This document shows positions 27,678 through 40,913 of a DNA stretch of 64,000 bases, piece by piece. The DNA lies in the NCBI RefSeq assembly GCF_036588685.1, contig NC_086386.1, positions 51,584,001 through 51,648,000 on the forward strand. Direction: 5' to 3'. Positions within the stretch are counted from its first letter, which is position 1; each line of letters begins with the position of its first letter. The position numbers were made by a program, and so were the translations under genes. The notes beneath the pieces are model-generated. The model did no database searches. It had not been told where the DNA came from and saw only the letters and a list, made by a program, of their open reading frames with translations. This DNA comes from Mytilus trossulus (Eukaryota).

Positions 27678-27968
27678 CACTAGTAGAACGATTTCAGTCT
27701 AAAACGGTCATTTTGGTCTGATCGCATCCTGATTGACTGGATTAACCGCTAGAGAAAATCGTCAAGATATTTAAGATCGTTAAGTCGTCGTTCAGATCGA
27801 TAGCCTCGTCAGGTATATCAGTTCGTTAAGGCATGTCAAGACGTAAAAGACTAAATCGTCTAGCGGGTTGTTTAGCGATCTTAAATGTCTTGACGATTTT
27901 CTCTAGCGGTAAATCCAGATGTGATCAGACCAAAATGACCGTTTCAGACTGAAATCGTGCTACTAGTG
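27678..27968. mobile_element. Non-autonomous CACTA/EnSpm (CMC) MITE
   Basis: Starts CACTAGTAG and ends CTACTAGTG; ~100-bp inverted arms; 3-bp TSD CTA at 27675-27677 and 27969-27971. Confidence 0.85.
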
Positions 27969-29198
27969 CTACTTCCTTAAGACATTTATTGATAAAAAAA
28001 AAACATTAAACATTGCCGTTGCAAATTTGTTTAAGAAAATAAACTGCGAAATTACACTTATTTGGAGTTAACAAAATATGTAAAAACCAAGAGCAGTACA
28101 ATATATATATATTTCTAATGAGCCATTTTGGTTTTATAAGAGCATCATTCTTTTTGTAACTTGAACACATAATTCATGCTAGGTAGTTTTGTTATGCTGT
28201 CAACTTCTCCAAACTGTTTTCTTGCATTTCACATGTTTAATGCTTTTGGCTTTCAACTAGCTGTCAGTAACGGCGAGTACTCTCAAAGTGTATGTTCTTG
28301 TTTATTCGACCTGTTGATACTGTTTATAATGTTTTTTTGTTATTTTATATTTATATGGATCCTGACTATATACCAGCTTTGATTATTTGGAATATTCTAA
28401 TTTTCACTCACTTCGTCTTACTACATTTGTATCAACTTTAAGATTTACCGTTTTTTTTCTTTCTAAATTGAATATTTTCGATGGGTTTAATATTTCGCAG
28501 TGGTGTCTTGTCATGGCTTCATTTGGACTTGTTTGTTTGCTTTTTGGACATGAATGTTTGTCCCTAATATTCTATTAGCTGTGCATTTGCATTCAGATAT
28601 CGCAGATCAAATGTATTCGTTCATAGTGTATTAATTTACGTTTTTTATTGAGTTAAGCCTTCTAATTGGTATTGTACCGTGTGTTATTTATGTTGTGATG
28701 TTGGCTTATGTTTCAGAAAAAGGGAGAAGGTTTGGATCCATTAAAATGTTTAATCCCACTGCAAATGTTTTCACCTGTCCTAAGTCAGGAATCTGATGTA
28801 CAGTAGTTGTCGTTAGTTTATTTAATTCATCCGTGTTTCTCGTTTATCTTTTTTTATACAGATCAGACCGTTGGTTTTCCCGTTTCAATGGTTTTACGCT
28901 AGTAATTTTGGGGCCCTTCATCGCTTGTCGTTCGATGTGAGCCAAGACTACGTGTTGAAGGCCGTACAATGTTTTTTAAATTGTTATTTAGATGGAGAGT
29001 TGTCTCATTGGCACTCACACCACATTTTCCTATATCTATGATGTCTATTAATGTACATTTACATTTTATTCATATTTTATTCTAAATGATATTGTACACA
29101 CTTTCATTATCGAAATCACCGAATATTCATGACGTAGTTGGATATTCTACACATGCTGTTGCTCTCTCTGATTTGCAAAATGGTGCCTTGTTACATAC

Positions 29199-29286
29199 TT
29201 TTGATGCATCCGTTGGCATACAGCTAAAACTGTCAGCATAAGTGTCAATGCACCGGTACAAACAACATACAACGATAGATAGTGTT
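29199..29286 (-). CDS. Transmembrane exon (HYLSLYVVCTGALTLMLTVLAVCQRMHQ)
   Basis: ttgtag|...|gtatgt; phase 1 is compatible with exon 32474. Confidence 0.6.
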
Positions 29287-30663
29287 CTACAACAAATGCA
29301 AACAAATGAAAATTTATATCATTTATATAAAAATGCTTCATTCATAACCCTAAAAAAAAGTGTCCTCCTCCTTCTCCATCATCATGATGGGTAAGGTTAT
29401 CCTACGAGAACACATTCGGTGCTTGTTATTCTGTTCTGGCTGGTCCTGGCTGGTGTTTTTGTAAAGCTCCGCCCACTCCCCGGGCTACATTGCTGTTTTA
29501 TGAACCTGCGTGACCTCATAATGTGTATTGCAATCGCATTCAAATGACGTTTTGATTGACCAAAGATTACCTCTATACGTTCTGTTTGTTTTCAAACATT
29601 TCTTTAAGCATTCAATTTACTGCTAAGAGACAAAAATGAACAGCATATTTTTTTTACGACACCATTCATCGATTTTAAAACTTGCATGTGTCATTGTGTA
29701 ACAAATTCAACCATGTTAATTTCAGCATGCACGTCAAATGCATGTCAAGTTTAGTTCACGATTCGGAAGCGTAGGACAACAATGTTTACTATTGAAATTA
29801 GTTGTTATGTAATTATTCACCTTGATTGATTCATTATTGTTGACCATTGGAGATTACTTTTTGCGAACGCGCCTTCAGCTGAATGTGTGATTTTTATATT
29901 ACTACGCGGGCCGCAAGGGATTTCAAATCGAAAATAAATTAAAAAAAGTGTTCAAAATATGTTAAAAACTGATATTTGTTAAATGATATACTTAGTATGT
30001 ACAGGTGTTTCTCTGCAGCTAAATGCATTACTGGTAATAGAGAGGGACCAAATTGTAAATCCTGCAAGCATTTAATAAGCGCCAAACTTTCTAGTAATAA
30101 TGAAAATTCATGGCTTTTTAGCTTATATTATGGACTACACATTTGAGAATTAATCAATAAAAGAGATTAGGTCACATAACATACATAGAGATGTATAATT
30201 TATACCTACTCGATAGAGGTGTCGATGTGGAAAAGAAACAGGTATATTGTCCAAATGTGTTGTCAAATCTGCTACAAGAAACAAGAACATAAACATTAAA
30301 TATGATTCAAAAACTGAATTACTGCACACGAAATATACTGTTTAAAATGTTTAAGGTCTTTGTAGAGATGAATGAAACAGTAAACGCTAACGTACATTTG
30401 CATGATCAATGGTGTGGAAAGCTATAAAATAAAAACATATGTTTTTCTTAAATATTCAATGGCTTCGAAGATTGCAAATCAAATCAAACAATGCACAATT
30501 GAATATTGTCAATTGTTATGACATTCTTTTTACCAAATTACAATAAAAATAACGTCTATTATAAGAATAACACTAATAGCAGCAAGAAATGTTATACTAG
30601 ATGACACGCCAGCTCAACAGTCAAATAAACTCATTATAGATACCAGGACTAAAATAAGTATAT

Positions 30664-30709
30664 ACGCCAGACGCGTGTTTCGTCTACAATAGACTCATCA
30701 GTGACGCTC
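30664..30709 (-). ncRNA. Type I hammerhead ribozyme, solo retrozyme fragment (~30625-30750)
   Basis: Core intact; loop 3 is ACGC instead of the palindromic GCGC. Confidence 0.75.
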
Positions 30710-32473
30710 GAATCCAAAAAGAAATTAAAAAGGTCAAATAAAGTACGAAATACACACTTTATACTTATTTAATGATCATGAGGAGCCGGGTCTGCTTACC
30801 CATCCGGAGCCCCTGATATCACCCAACGTTTTTGTTGGGGTTCCTGTTCCTTATTTTTTAGTTTTCTATGTTATGTCTTCTGTACTATTGTTGTCTTTTT
30901 TTTTATTTTTGGCCATGGTATTGTCAATCTATGAGTTTGACTGTCCATCTTGTGTCTTTCGTCCCTCTTTTCTGAAATACTTACCATAAGTTATGAATAA
31001 CAAAGAGTAATTAAGACTTCAATCGACAAACTTTGGACGTTAATTGTCCAATAACAAGATATAACAAGAAAACAGAAAAGGTTACAATTTGATATTGACT
31101 ATGTATTTGCCACCCTCCTTTCAAGACAAAAACCAAAACAAAAAACAAACAGATGTAGAAAGTAACTGAACATAAATATAGCAAATCCACTAAACTTAAA
31201 AATCTGAAGAGTCCATGGTTAAACTGAAAAACATGGGGACTGAACAAAATAATTTCATTGAAGCGATTATATAACAGAGATGCAGTATATACTATTACTG
31301 CATGGTAAACATTCAGAGAAACAGAAGAAGAAAAACAAATAAAACTTTTCATCAGAATAGTGTTATTTTTCTATTTTTCCTAATTTATTGATTATTTTTA
31401 CAGATTAAATATAAAGTATTTAAAATCAATTGAAATGTTAATGAAATTCCTGTATCTTTTAAAAAATCAAAAGAAAAAACGCATGTCAAATACGTAATAT
31501 CTGAAATCATGTATATGGTATAATACCATAAAAAAGAAGATGCTGTTTCCTCACACCTTCGAACATTTGTTGGCAAAGTAGTAGATAAAAGAATAAAAGA
31601 TAAAACACAAAAACAAAAATTTCCACTAAAGCGATAGACTTGTTTGCTTTTCCCCCCAGAAAATTCGTTACTTAAATACTACTTATAGTAAATACACATT
31701 TTTTCACAGATTTAAGTTTGATTATCATATTTTTTAATATAATTTTCATCTTCCACTTGTATGAACCATTTTGAAAATAGTTCCGGATCAAAATGTCAAC
31801 GCGACTGAAACAAAAAGTTAAAATCACAAAAATACTTCATTCAGAGGAAAATCAAAAACTGAATGTCCCTTTTTCAATGGCAAAATCAAAAGGTTGAACA
31901 CATCAAACGAATGGAGAACAACTGTTATATTCCTGATTCAGTATAGGCATTTTCTTATGTAGAAAATGGTGGACTGAACCTGGATTTATATCTAACTAGA
32001 TACATCGAATTCCGTTAAATTCTAAATAAGAAAATGCCTGTACCAAGTTCAGTATTTGTGTGATTTTTCTATTTATTTAACTCAATATACATCATAATAA
32101 ATTATGCCTTCTAATCAAACAGCAACTGATTTGATAATTTTGACTTGATTAAGATTTAAAAATGTGCCGTATCGAATGACATTTTATCTAGTCACAACGT
32201 TGGTTACTAGGAATGCACATTGTTTATACTCAGAATAGAAAACCGTAGCATAATGTAAAAGAAATGAAGAAAACATAATGAATTTAAAACCCACAATCAA
32301 TTATGGCAATATGTCTTTTAACGTTAGTTGTATGTGGTGTTTTACAACGTTTTATAGTAGTAAACGTATTTAGGTAGACACTTGATACCTAATTATTTTT
32401 TGTTCTCATTTTTATAGTTGACATATATGTTATAATGTTATTTTTAAAAAGAAATTCCTTTTACAATACTTAC

Positions 32474-32520
32474 CGTTTGTAACAGGTTCCGAAACACAAC
32501 CACCTGTAATACTATCGCAT
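32474..32520 (-). CDS. EGF-completing exon (CDSITGGCVSEPVTN) of copy B or a third paralog
   Basis: ttttag|...|gtaagt, phase 2 to 1; equivalent to 54726-54778. Confidence 0.7.
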
Positions 32521-34149
32521 CTAAAAACACATGGAACTATTTCAATATAAAGTAATGTTGATATTATGTAAAAAGTAAGTGAACATAAATATAGATATAT
32601 AGTTAGCAAAGGTACCAGGATTCATATGTATTGTAGATATTAAGCTTTATGTTTAGGTGAGTTGTTATTCTGTATAATAATATTCAAAGCATTCATTTAT
32701 TTGTTTTATTAAAATAAATTCACCAGAAAACATCACTTGACCTTATAGAATTCGTTATTGATATTTCAATTCGACAGATTTTTACATTTAAAATAAACTC
32801 ATAATATATAATTGGTTTTTATTACTACGTCAAACTCGCGTTTTGTTTATAGAACTCATACATGGTGATACAATAAAAAGTTGGAAGACAAAATCAAAAA
32901 TGAAGTTATAAAGCAATGAAATTTAAAACAAAATCTAACAGTTATGCCGAATTCGGCATAGCCTTAAATGTTTTGCGGTACATAACCTTGCGTTATCGAA
33001 CGTCAACTTGACCTTCATATTTTTTTTCCATGAACACATGTTTAGTAAAAATATTTTTATACCTATAAAAGTACGGAAATATTGCAACAATGGGGAAACA
33101 AAACGTGTTATACTAAATCACGACGAGATAATCACATATACTTCCCGAAAAAATCATTAATGTCTATAGATAAACAGTTGACATATTATATTAAACGTTA
33201 AACGTGGACATATTACGCTAGCACTTGTACCATTCAAACTGTGCGATGAAAATACATGTACATGTATTCAAATATAAAAAAGGAAACGTGGTATGATTGC
33301 TAATGAGACAACTCTCCCCAAGAGACCAAATGGCACTGAAAATAAACAACTAAGGATCATCGTGCGGTTTTCAACAATGAGCACAGCCAACAAAATGTAC
33401 ACCGCATAGTCATCTAGTAAATGCCCATAAAAGCCCCTTTTTGTTCCTTACTATAGTAATTATATAACCGATCTGTCATATGAGCTTTATTTCGTGTTTT
33501 TAAGGGAAAAGTTAAAGCTAAATAGAAAGCTTCTTTATTTAAAATAAACATCCTGTCGTTTGTAAGTGAGAGGGTTAGCGCTATAGAACCAGGTTTAATA
33601 TACCATTTTCTACATTTGAAAATGCCTGTACCAAGTCAGGAATATGACAGTTCTTGTCCATTCGTTTTTCATGCGTTTTGTTTTTGTAATGTATTATGGA
33701 CTTTCCTAATTGATTTTCCTATGAGTTCAGTATTTTTGTGATTTTACTTTTTTGGATATTTTCACATTCCAGAAATCAAGAATAGTCCAACCAAAGATTA
33801 AAAACTTAGGGAGTTCTTATCATTCACTAATTAAAGGTTTTACCTTTCTGAACTGATACAACTACAATTTTCTGCCGTTTTTTCCGAATTTTCCATGGCG
33901 ACATTTTGCACACTTTATGCCTTTAGAGAAGTGACCGACTGGACATTCTGAAATCATACAGCTTTTCATCGTTAGAAATATAGTATAAGTTATTGATGTT
34001 AGATGTGCTTGCATATAAAAAAAATGTAGCGTAAATTAATTGAATAAAATTGAGAATAGAAATGGGGAATGTGTCAAAGATACAACAACCCGACCATAGA
34101 ACAGCAGAAGGTCACTAACAGGTATTTTTTCTATTCCCAGAATTTGGTC

Positions 34150-35190
34150 ATATCCACATGCAGAACGGTTTCGTGAGTGCATTACAATCTCTGTTATTTC
34201 CTCTATAGTTATATTGTAATTATCTGATCATTTTGCGAGTATAATGGGTCTTCCATGTTTTGTTCAAGTAACTGTTTGTGTATTATAGCCTGATCATAAT
34301 ATTCTTTGTTGAATTCGTCACCATTGCTTACATTGTAGAGATTCTGGAAATCTGAACGCCATTTCTTAAGGACATCGGATTCCGTTCCAACTGGATTTCC
34401 GTTTTCATTATTTCCATCGGTATTGTGGTATGTTTTGTCGGACTTAGTTTTTTTATTTTCTCCCAGAACTCACTTGTTGACATTGTTTCTATATCTACAG
34501 CTTTTAATCGTCTGTATTAGATTTTTCAAAGTTTTGTCGAATGTATCTCTTGCTTGTATGTATTCTTGTCGAACAGCCGTTTTTCTGTGTTTCTGTACAC
34601 GCAAGAAAATCATTTGCACGCATGCGCATATCATTCCATAAGTATTTAAGAGTGTCATTCCAGTAGGGTTTCTTATGCTTATAACGTCTGTTGGATTTAT
34701 TAGAACTTGTTTTTGGAATTTTGTCATCCATCTCTACGATAATTAAGTTGCATAAATTGTCATATATGTTGTCAACGTTTTCTTGAGTTTCTATACTATG
34801 CTAAATTTGACCAATAAGATTCAATAAAGTTTGTTGCATTCAATGACTTGACATAAAATCTAACGGAATCCTATCTAGTCTGTGTCTGGAGCGAGTATTT
34901 GATCGATTTGATGTTTCAGTATTGTTGACAAGATTACAAAGCGTAATTTTAAATTCGCAGGTGATTACTGAATGGTCCGGTAGCTTTGATTTATCGGCAA
35001 TTAACCCTTGTGAGTTGTTATTGTCAACAATGTCTTGAGTTGTTAGCACTTTAAAATTCGGAAGTCATTGAAGGAATCTTGTGGTGCACATATGTCTACA
35101 ACGGCTTTTCCTTTGCGTGATATCGAAGTGAAATTGTCGTTCAATGCAAATCGTCCATTCAAAACACAGAACTTTGCTTCATTTATGTAT
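34150..35190 (-). mobile_element. Decayed non-LTR retrotransposon (LINE) ORF2 fragment: APE endonuclease C-terminal half plus linker
   Basis: VLNGRF..DNFTSISRKGKAVVD, LPDHSVI and KKPYWNDTL in broken frames. Confidence 0.75.
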
Positions 35191-37188
35191 GTTCTAACTC
35201 TTCTTATCATTTGTTTTTCCTTTTGAAAGGTAAACACAAAGTTACCTTGGTTTAACATTTTTTCAAGAATAAAAGTGATGTTCTGATCCATTAATAAAGA
35301 ATTAATCATTTAATGTTGCATTAAGGATTGATTAATTTCTTCACATATGCGTGCACATTTGATAAAATGTATGTTTAAGTGGATTAATACGTTTTTTGGT
35401 CAACCAATAGACCATCAGCATATACGAAACCTTCGATTGCAATTGAATGGTAAATGTGCTGCAGAATATAGTTGTTTTATAAAATCCAAAGCGCAATTTT
35501 TAATGATTCCGGAACTTCAATTTACCTAGGTTTAAAATGATAGAAAGAGGAAACATGTACAACATTTAATTGAACATCAAGGTAAAATCTTGTTTGCAGT
35601 GAATTTGCACACAATATAGATTTGTTTTGTAGATATGATGCTTTAACAGGAGTGATCAGTACGGAATCACTTTCATAATACAATTGCACTTCTTTCTTAA
35701 ATTGTCATTCAAATTCAAAATGTCAGATATTAATGTCATAGTTCTGTTTTCTGGATCAAAACATTTTAATGTCAGCCCGAATGAGTCAATAACACTATGT
35801 TTGTGACACCATATAAACTTCACAACAGACGTTTCTGAACAGGAGTGTCCAGATTTTATCATACATCAGCATATTTATCGTAGTACAGTTAACATAACTT
35901 ATGAGAATCATACAAGACAAGTTTCTTTTTGTTAAGTAAGGAGCCTATAACATGTGATACTTTTTATTTCGTGATCAGATTTTAATTTCAGTGTATGCAG
36001 AGTGCTCTCGATTAAATGTGACAGAAACTAGATTAAAAGTCAATCGACCAATCAAGCGAATTTTTCTATGATTGATTTAAATCTATTGATTGAAATCAAT
36101 CAACCTAAATGACGTTATTGAACAATATATCATTACTGTGGTAAAGACCCATACACATTTTGAGATAGGACATGCACCATTTCAAACGTCCTGTATACAT
36201 CAATGAAAATGAGTTTTCCAGATATGAAAAATTAAGTTTTACTGCTGATGTTACATATGAGCCTTCTAATAATCGGATTTCAATTCTAAAGTCAGTTGCG
36301 TAACATTAAATTAAATTGGAAGCCACCTATCAGTTTTATATTACAATCATGTCTTGAAAACAAATAATATCATCATATTGATTCATATTTGCATTTAAAA
36401 CGTGTGGCATTCCCGTACGGTTTGGAGGTTTCAATGCCGCCGTACACTTTTATGATTATGTCACCGAACAATTTTTATAAACTCTTACATAAAAACAACT
36501 AGTGTTCTGGTGGTCTAATGACCTATATTGACCTGAATAATAATTTTAAGACTCAGTTCGCTAATGCGTAGAGTGTCAATGTATGTCTTACGTCATTTTT
36601 TCACATAAGTGCTATCATTTATTTGTTTCAGTGAAAAACATCGATGAAACATTGTTTTTCCCATCACTCACGGTATCACAGAAGCAACGGACGGTGGTAC
36701 ACATTGTGAATGTGTGACCTCGGCTTAAAATATTTAAGATTATCACAAATCACAGGACCTTGATCATTGTTGATTACACTTTTTAACAAATTTACAAACG
36801 TAAAAGAATGCCGTTTTGTTTTTTTATTTTGCCATGTGATTATGGACTTTCCAAATTGATTTTCCTCTGAGTTCAGTATTTTTGTGATTTTACTTTTTGC
36901 TTGACTAAGGTTTGATAGAAATGTCTTAAAATTGATACACGTTGACACATGTACTATAATTCTTTTTTCTCTAAGTTGTTTTTAATCTTTTGTGTCTTAG
37001 AGATGTCATGTTTCGAACGCGAGCCGTAATCGGCAATGTGTGAACGCAGTATTACATATAAAAAATCCGTTACCACGACAACTATCAGATATCGGCAAAT
37101 AAGCCTCTTGTTTTTCGCCGAATTCGTTTTATTTTATTTTGCATCAACAGTATATGCAAATGTAAAAAGTACACCACATTTTTTGCAG

Positions 37189-37485
37189 GGTATAAGGTTG
37201 TGGTTAGGGGTCATTTTGACATTAGAGTGTGTGTCTTAAACCGTTACCAGCCATTTTTGTTTCGGACAAACGGAAGCAGTGAATGTACATTTCAAAAATC
37301 ATTGTGCAGCGGAGAGGGTCAAATAACTGACCAATTTACCAGGAAAGATTCTACTTGCCGCTGTGATTATAGGAGAGGGTACTCCTTTATTATACAACCT
37401 AAGAATATCGCGCATTGTGTGCCTTCTGAGGAAGACTGTTCATGTTACAATAAACGTTGTGTTGGTGGATATATACTAAATGCAG
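37189..37485 (+). CDS. Exon of a second TNFR-like Cys-rich ectodomain paralog
   Basis: tttgcag|GG...GCAG|gtacat; YKVVVRGHFDIRVCVLNRYQPFLFRTNGSSECTFQKSLCSGEGQ..KDSTCRCDYRRGYSF..PKN...CVPSEEDCSCYNKRC. Cys spacing is collinear with 5842-6144. Confidence 0.8.
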
Positions 37486-37974
37486 GTACATCACCATAAA
37501 CATACAAATAGTTGAAACTTAGAACGCTAATGAGATAATTAAGAAACGTTAATGAAAAAAAATAAAAAATAAAAATGAATGTTTGCATTTTATATCCGGT
37601 TATTGATTATTTAATGAAAGAGTCGTTATTTCAATTTAGCGTTGTTGTAAATTCATTGGAAACATTGCCCACCAATACCCATCGCTCAATACAGTCATTT
37701 GGATTCTGATTAAAACAACTGTATTTACATTTTACTATACTTATGTTTTTCCAAATCATTTTGAAATACATGCACTTGAGAAACATGCTGCAGACAAGGA
37801 CAAGCAAACAAGACTTAAAATGGAGATGTCACCCGTTTCTCAGAAACTCATAACGCCATTCAGAAAACAAAAGAAGAAAAGTAAAAGAAATTGCTATATG
37901 CATAAGATGACTCGTCAAAGTATATATCCTTTCTCAAACTGTTTGTGTTAACAATTAAATACACCATGATTATA

Positions 37975-38395
37975 ACCGTAAGGATGACTTGGAAATTGAA
38001 GTATGGTCACTATTGGTCTTCCTCCAACCGGCAGTAAAACCCTCGCCACAGTGTTGCATTCATTTGGCTGTGCGGATATACTAATTTGCATCTACGTCCA
38101 GTCATAATTGGGACGTTTGGGATGCCTCGTGATGAAAGAATGCCACAACCTATGAACGTAAGACAGGTTTGCAACAACTATTTGAGCGGCCCGTAGGTTA
38201 TCTGTTACAATGCTAAATGTCCGTCCTAATCAAACATACTCATTTCACGTGGTAGTCTGAATTTCGTCGACCTTTATGCTGGACACCTCTATTACAGAAC
38301 CTACCTTCTGTATTTAATATTACATTTTTCTCGTCCTAAATATGCATGCATTTTTTTGAAACTGGATGTTAAGCAACAAACAATCAATCAAAAAT
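37975..38395 (+). repeat. SINE-like element with (AATC)n tail
   Basis: GC-richer block ending ctggatgttaagcaacaaacaatcaatcaa. Confidence 0.45.
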
Positions 38396-38503
38396 CATTA
38401 ATCAATTTTCATTCTCCATTCTGAAGTCGATTTCAAAATGCTATTTATCAAAAGTGTAAAGTTTTGATCTTATCTGCATTTCATAAAAATCTATTTTTTA
38501 CAG

Positions 38504-38573
38504 GTTATCAATGCGTAACAGGTAGTTCAAGTCACAATGGAAGCACAACAAACAACCCTAGCATCCCTTCAAA
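38504..38573 (+). CDS. Following exon of the paralog (YQC plus Ser/Thr stalk)
   Basis: tttacag|GT TAT CAA TGC...AA|gtaagt; GYQCVTGSSSHNGSTTNNPSIPS; phases match 9733-9832. Confidence 0.7.
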
Positions 38574-39574
38574 GTAAGTTGATATGTTCAAATATCATAA
38601 TTGTTAAAACTTTTATGAGGTCGAAATAAGACAGCTAGTCGTTGTTATCATTTTAGCTTCTTTTTTTTTTTATTATATATAATTTTGTTATGTGATGATT
38701 CGCTCAACAAAAATAGAACCAATACTAGTATATCATTCGGATATTCAATATTACATATGATATTAAGCATATATAACATGGTGAGTCAATCTATGACTAA
38801 ATTGTACAAACAGAACAAGCAACACATAACTAACACGTTGTTGCAGCTTTTTAATGCATCTGTAAGTAGGAGGGTGGCCTTTATTAAAACATGCAAGGTC
38901 ACAATTCGTTACAAGTGCAATGTAGACTCTGGCATGGCTTTTATTTGAATTAAATTATTTGCTGGGTGATGATAACACTACATCTCTAACTATAATCTTA
39001 GATGCAGGTAATATCAACAAGTTAATGTACGATGGCGAAAAGGCAAATGTTATGCTACATTTGAATTTATAAAAGTTAGAAACAGCATGACGTCACACAT
39101 GAATCCTGGTACTTTTGATCACTATGAAAAACTATAATTTAAAAGTGAGCTAGAATTAGGATTGCTTTAAGATTATATTAAAACTAAATACTGATAATTC
39201 TTTATAACAAAATGCATATTGCAATACTTATTAATAACAATTAACTGTAATATATATATGTCCAGTTTGTTATGAATCCAATTTCAAACGTAATTAATCG
39301 TACAAAATTAAATATAATTAATAAAGGCGGTGATTAATTTTTCTATCCGTAACACCTAAATATAATAAAAAGACTTCAACACATTTGACAAAACGAGAAG
39401 ATGAGAATTACAAATATAACATTAAACATATAAACTAAATACATGAATTTGGGATAAACAAGTACAGAAACACGTCTTATAGTAATACGAATTCACATAC
39501 AGCAAATCAGTCACAATCGGGAATAAGTCACGTTTGGTAATTAAAGATAAGACGACATAATGACAAACCACAAT

Positions 39575-40280
39575 CTACCATGTGGTAAAAATGTCCTTAG
39601 CTAGTTTGGTTAAAGAGACATCATATGGATCCACCAATTCGTGATGGTGTCCATAAAATTTACGAAGTGTCAATTTTAATCTGTCCTCCTCATAACTTTG
39701 TTGGAGCAGTTTCTGCGTAAGGAGCACACTCCTGTATATGAAGTCCGTATAGTGTGAACAAGCACGTGCATAACGTATCAATTGTGATATGTAAACACCA
39801 TACGAAGGGGCAGAGGGTATGGTACTGCTAAGAAATGGGAAATTGATAATTGTGAAGTTGAAATCGTCCCGTTTATCATAGATTTTGTGTGAAGTCGTCC
39901 ATCTACGTCAATATTTAGGAAAAGATCAAGGTATGAAGCAGTCCTTCTAGTATCAGTAGTATCCTTAATTTCAAGTTCACTAGGATATATGAGATGTAAG
40001 TATTGGCTGAAGTATGGGTTGTTCAATGATAAAACATCATCAATATATCGGAAAGTAAAATTAAAGAATTTCGCAAGGTGCTTTTTCTTTTTGTCTTTTA
40101 GAAGGTTTTGAATAAATTCTGCTTCATACGAATACAAAAACAAATCAGCCAGCAGGGGTGCACAATTAGTACCCATTAGAATACCGACTGTCTGTTGAAA
40201 CATAAATCCTCCAAACTCAACAAATATATTGTCGATCAAAAAGTCCAGCATTTTAATAATATCATCTTCAGTATATGTTC
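39575..40280 (-). mobile_element. 5'-truncated Penelope-like element RT (Naiad-type: RT is C-terminal, no downstream GIY-YIG)
   Basis: DNIFVEFGG..QQTVGILMGTNCAPLLADLFLYSYE..FRYIDDVLS..SYLDL. A 1-nt frameshift near 39883 joins it to IRYARACS..RKFYGHHHELV..W*. Confidence 0.9.
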
Positions 40281-40867
40281 GTTAAAAGGCTTCTGGACAC
40301 AATCAATGTTTATTTTAATATCTTAATTCGAACTTTGACTGTCCTTTAATCTAAGTATTTGTTTCAGTTAACTTTTAGATTAAATGCATTTTTGCTAATT
40401 TTATTAGGATTTATAATCATTGATGACAGATAATGTTGCGCTTCATACTTAATATTTGAGCACGGTCAACGATTTGACAACTGTTAACATTAATTTACGA
40501 AAACGATTTTACAATTTTTGTGATCAAATTTTACAGCCTTTACAACCCCGTGATTAGGAGAAAATATTAGCCAATAAAAACATCTGTATTGTTTCCAAGC
40601 CGTCTAGGAGAGCGCATGTAGTCAGAGATGTTGCATTTCATAATGAAAGAACATATTTTGGAATTCCCTGACAGATACATACGAATTGTATCACACTTAT
40701 ATGCCATTTATGAATAGTTCGGCTCTGCTTTTGATACTTTTCTTTCTTTTTGGTTTTTAACGTCTTCATGTTACTATAAACAATAATTTTTATAACTGGT
40801 TCAAACGTCAATGAGATTTTTAGTCTCTTAAAAATTAAAAAAAAATAAATCTTTTTTCCTATTATTC

Positions 40868-40913
40868 GAGCGTCACTGATGAGTCTTTTGTAGACGAAAC
40901 GCGCGTCTGGCGT
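40868..40913 (+). ncRNA. Type I hammerhead ribozyme, solo retrozyme fragment
   Basis: gagcgtcaCTGATGAgtcttttgtagacGAAACgcgcGTCtggcgt; predicted cleavage after 40907. Confidence 0.85.
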
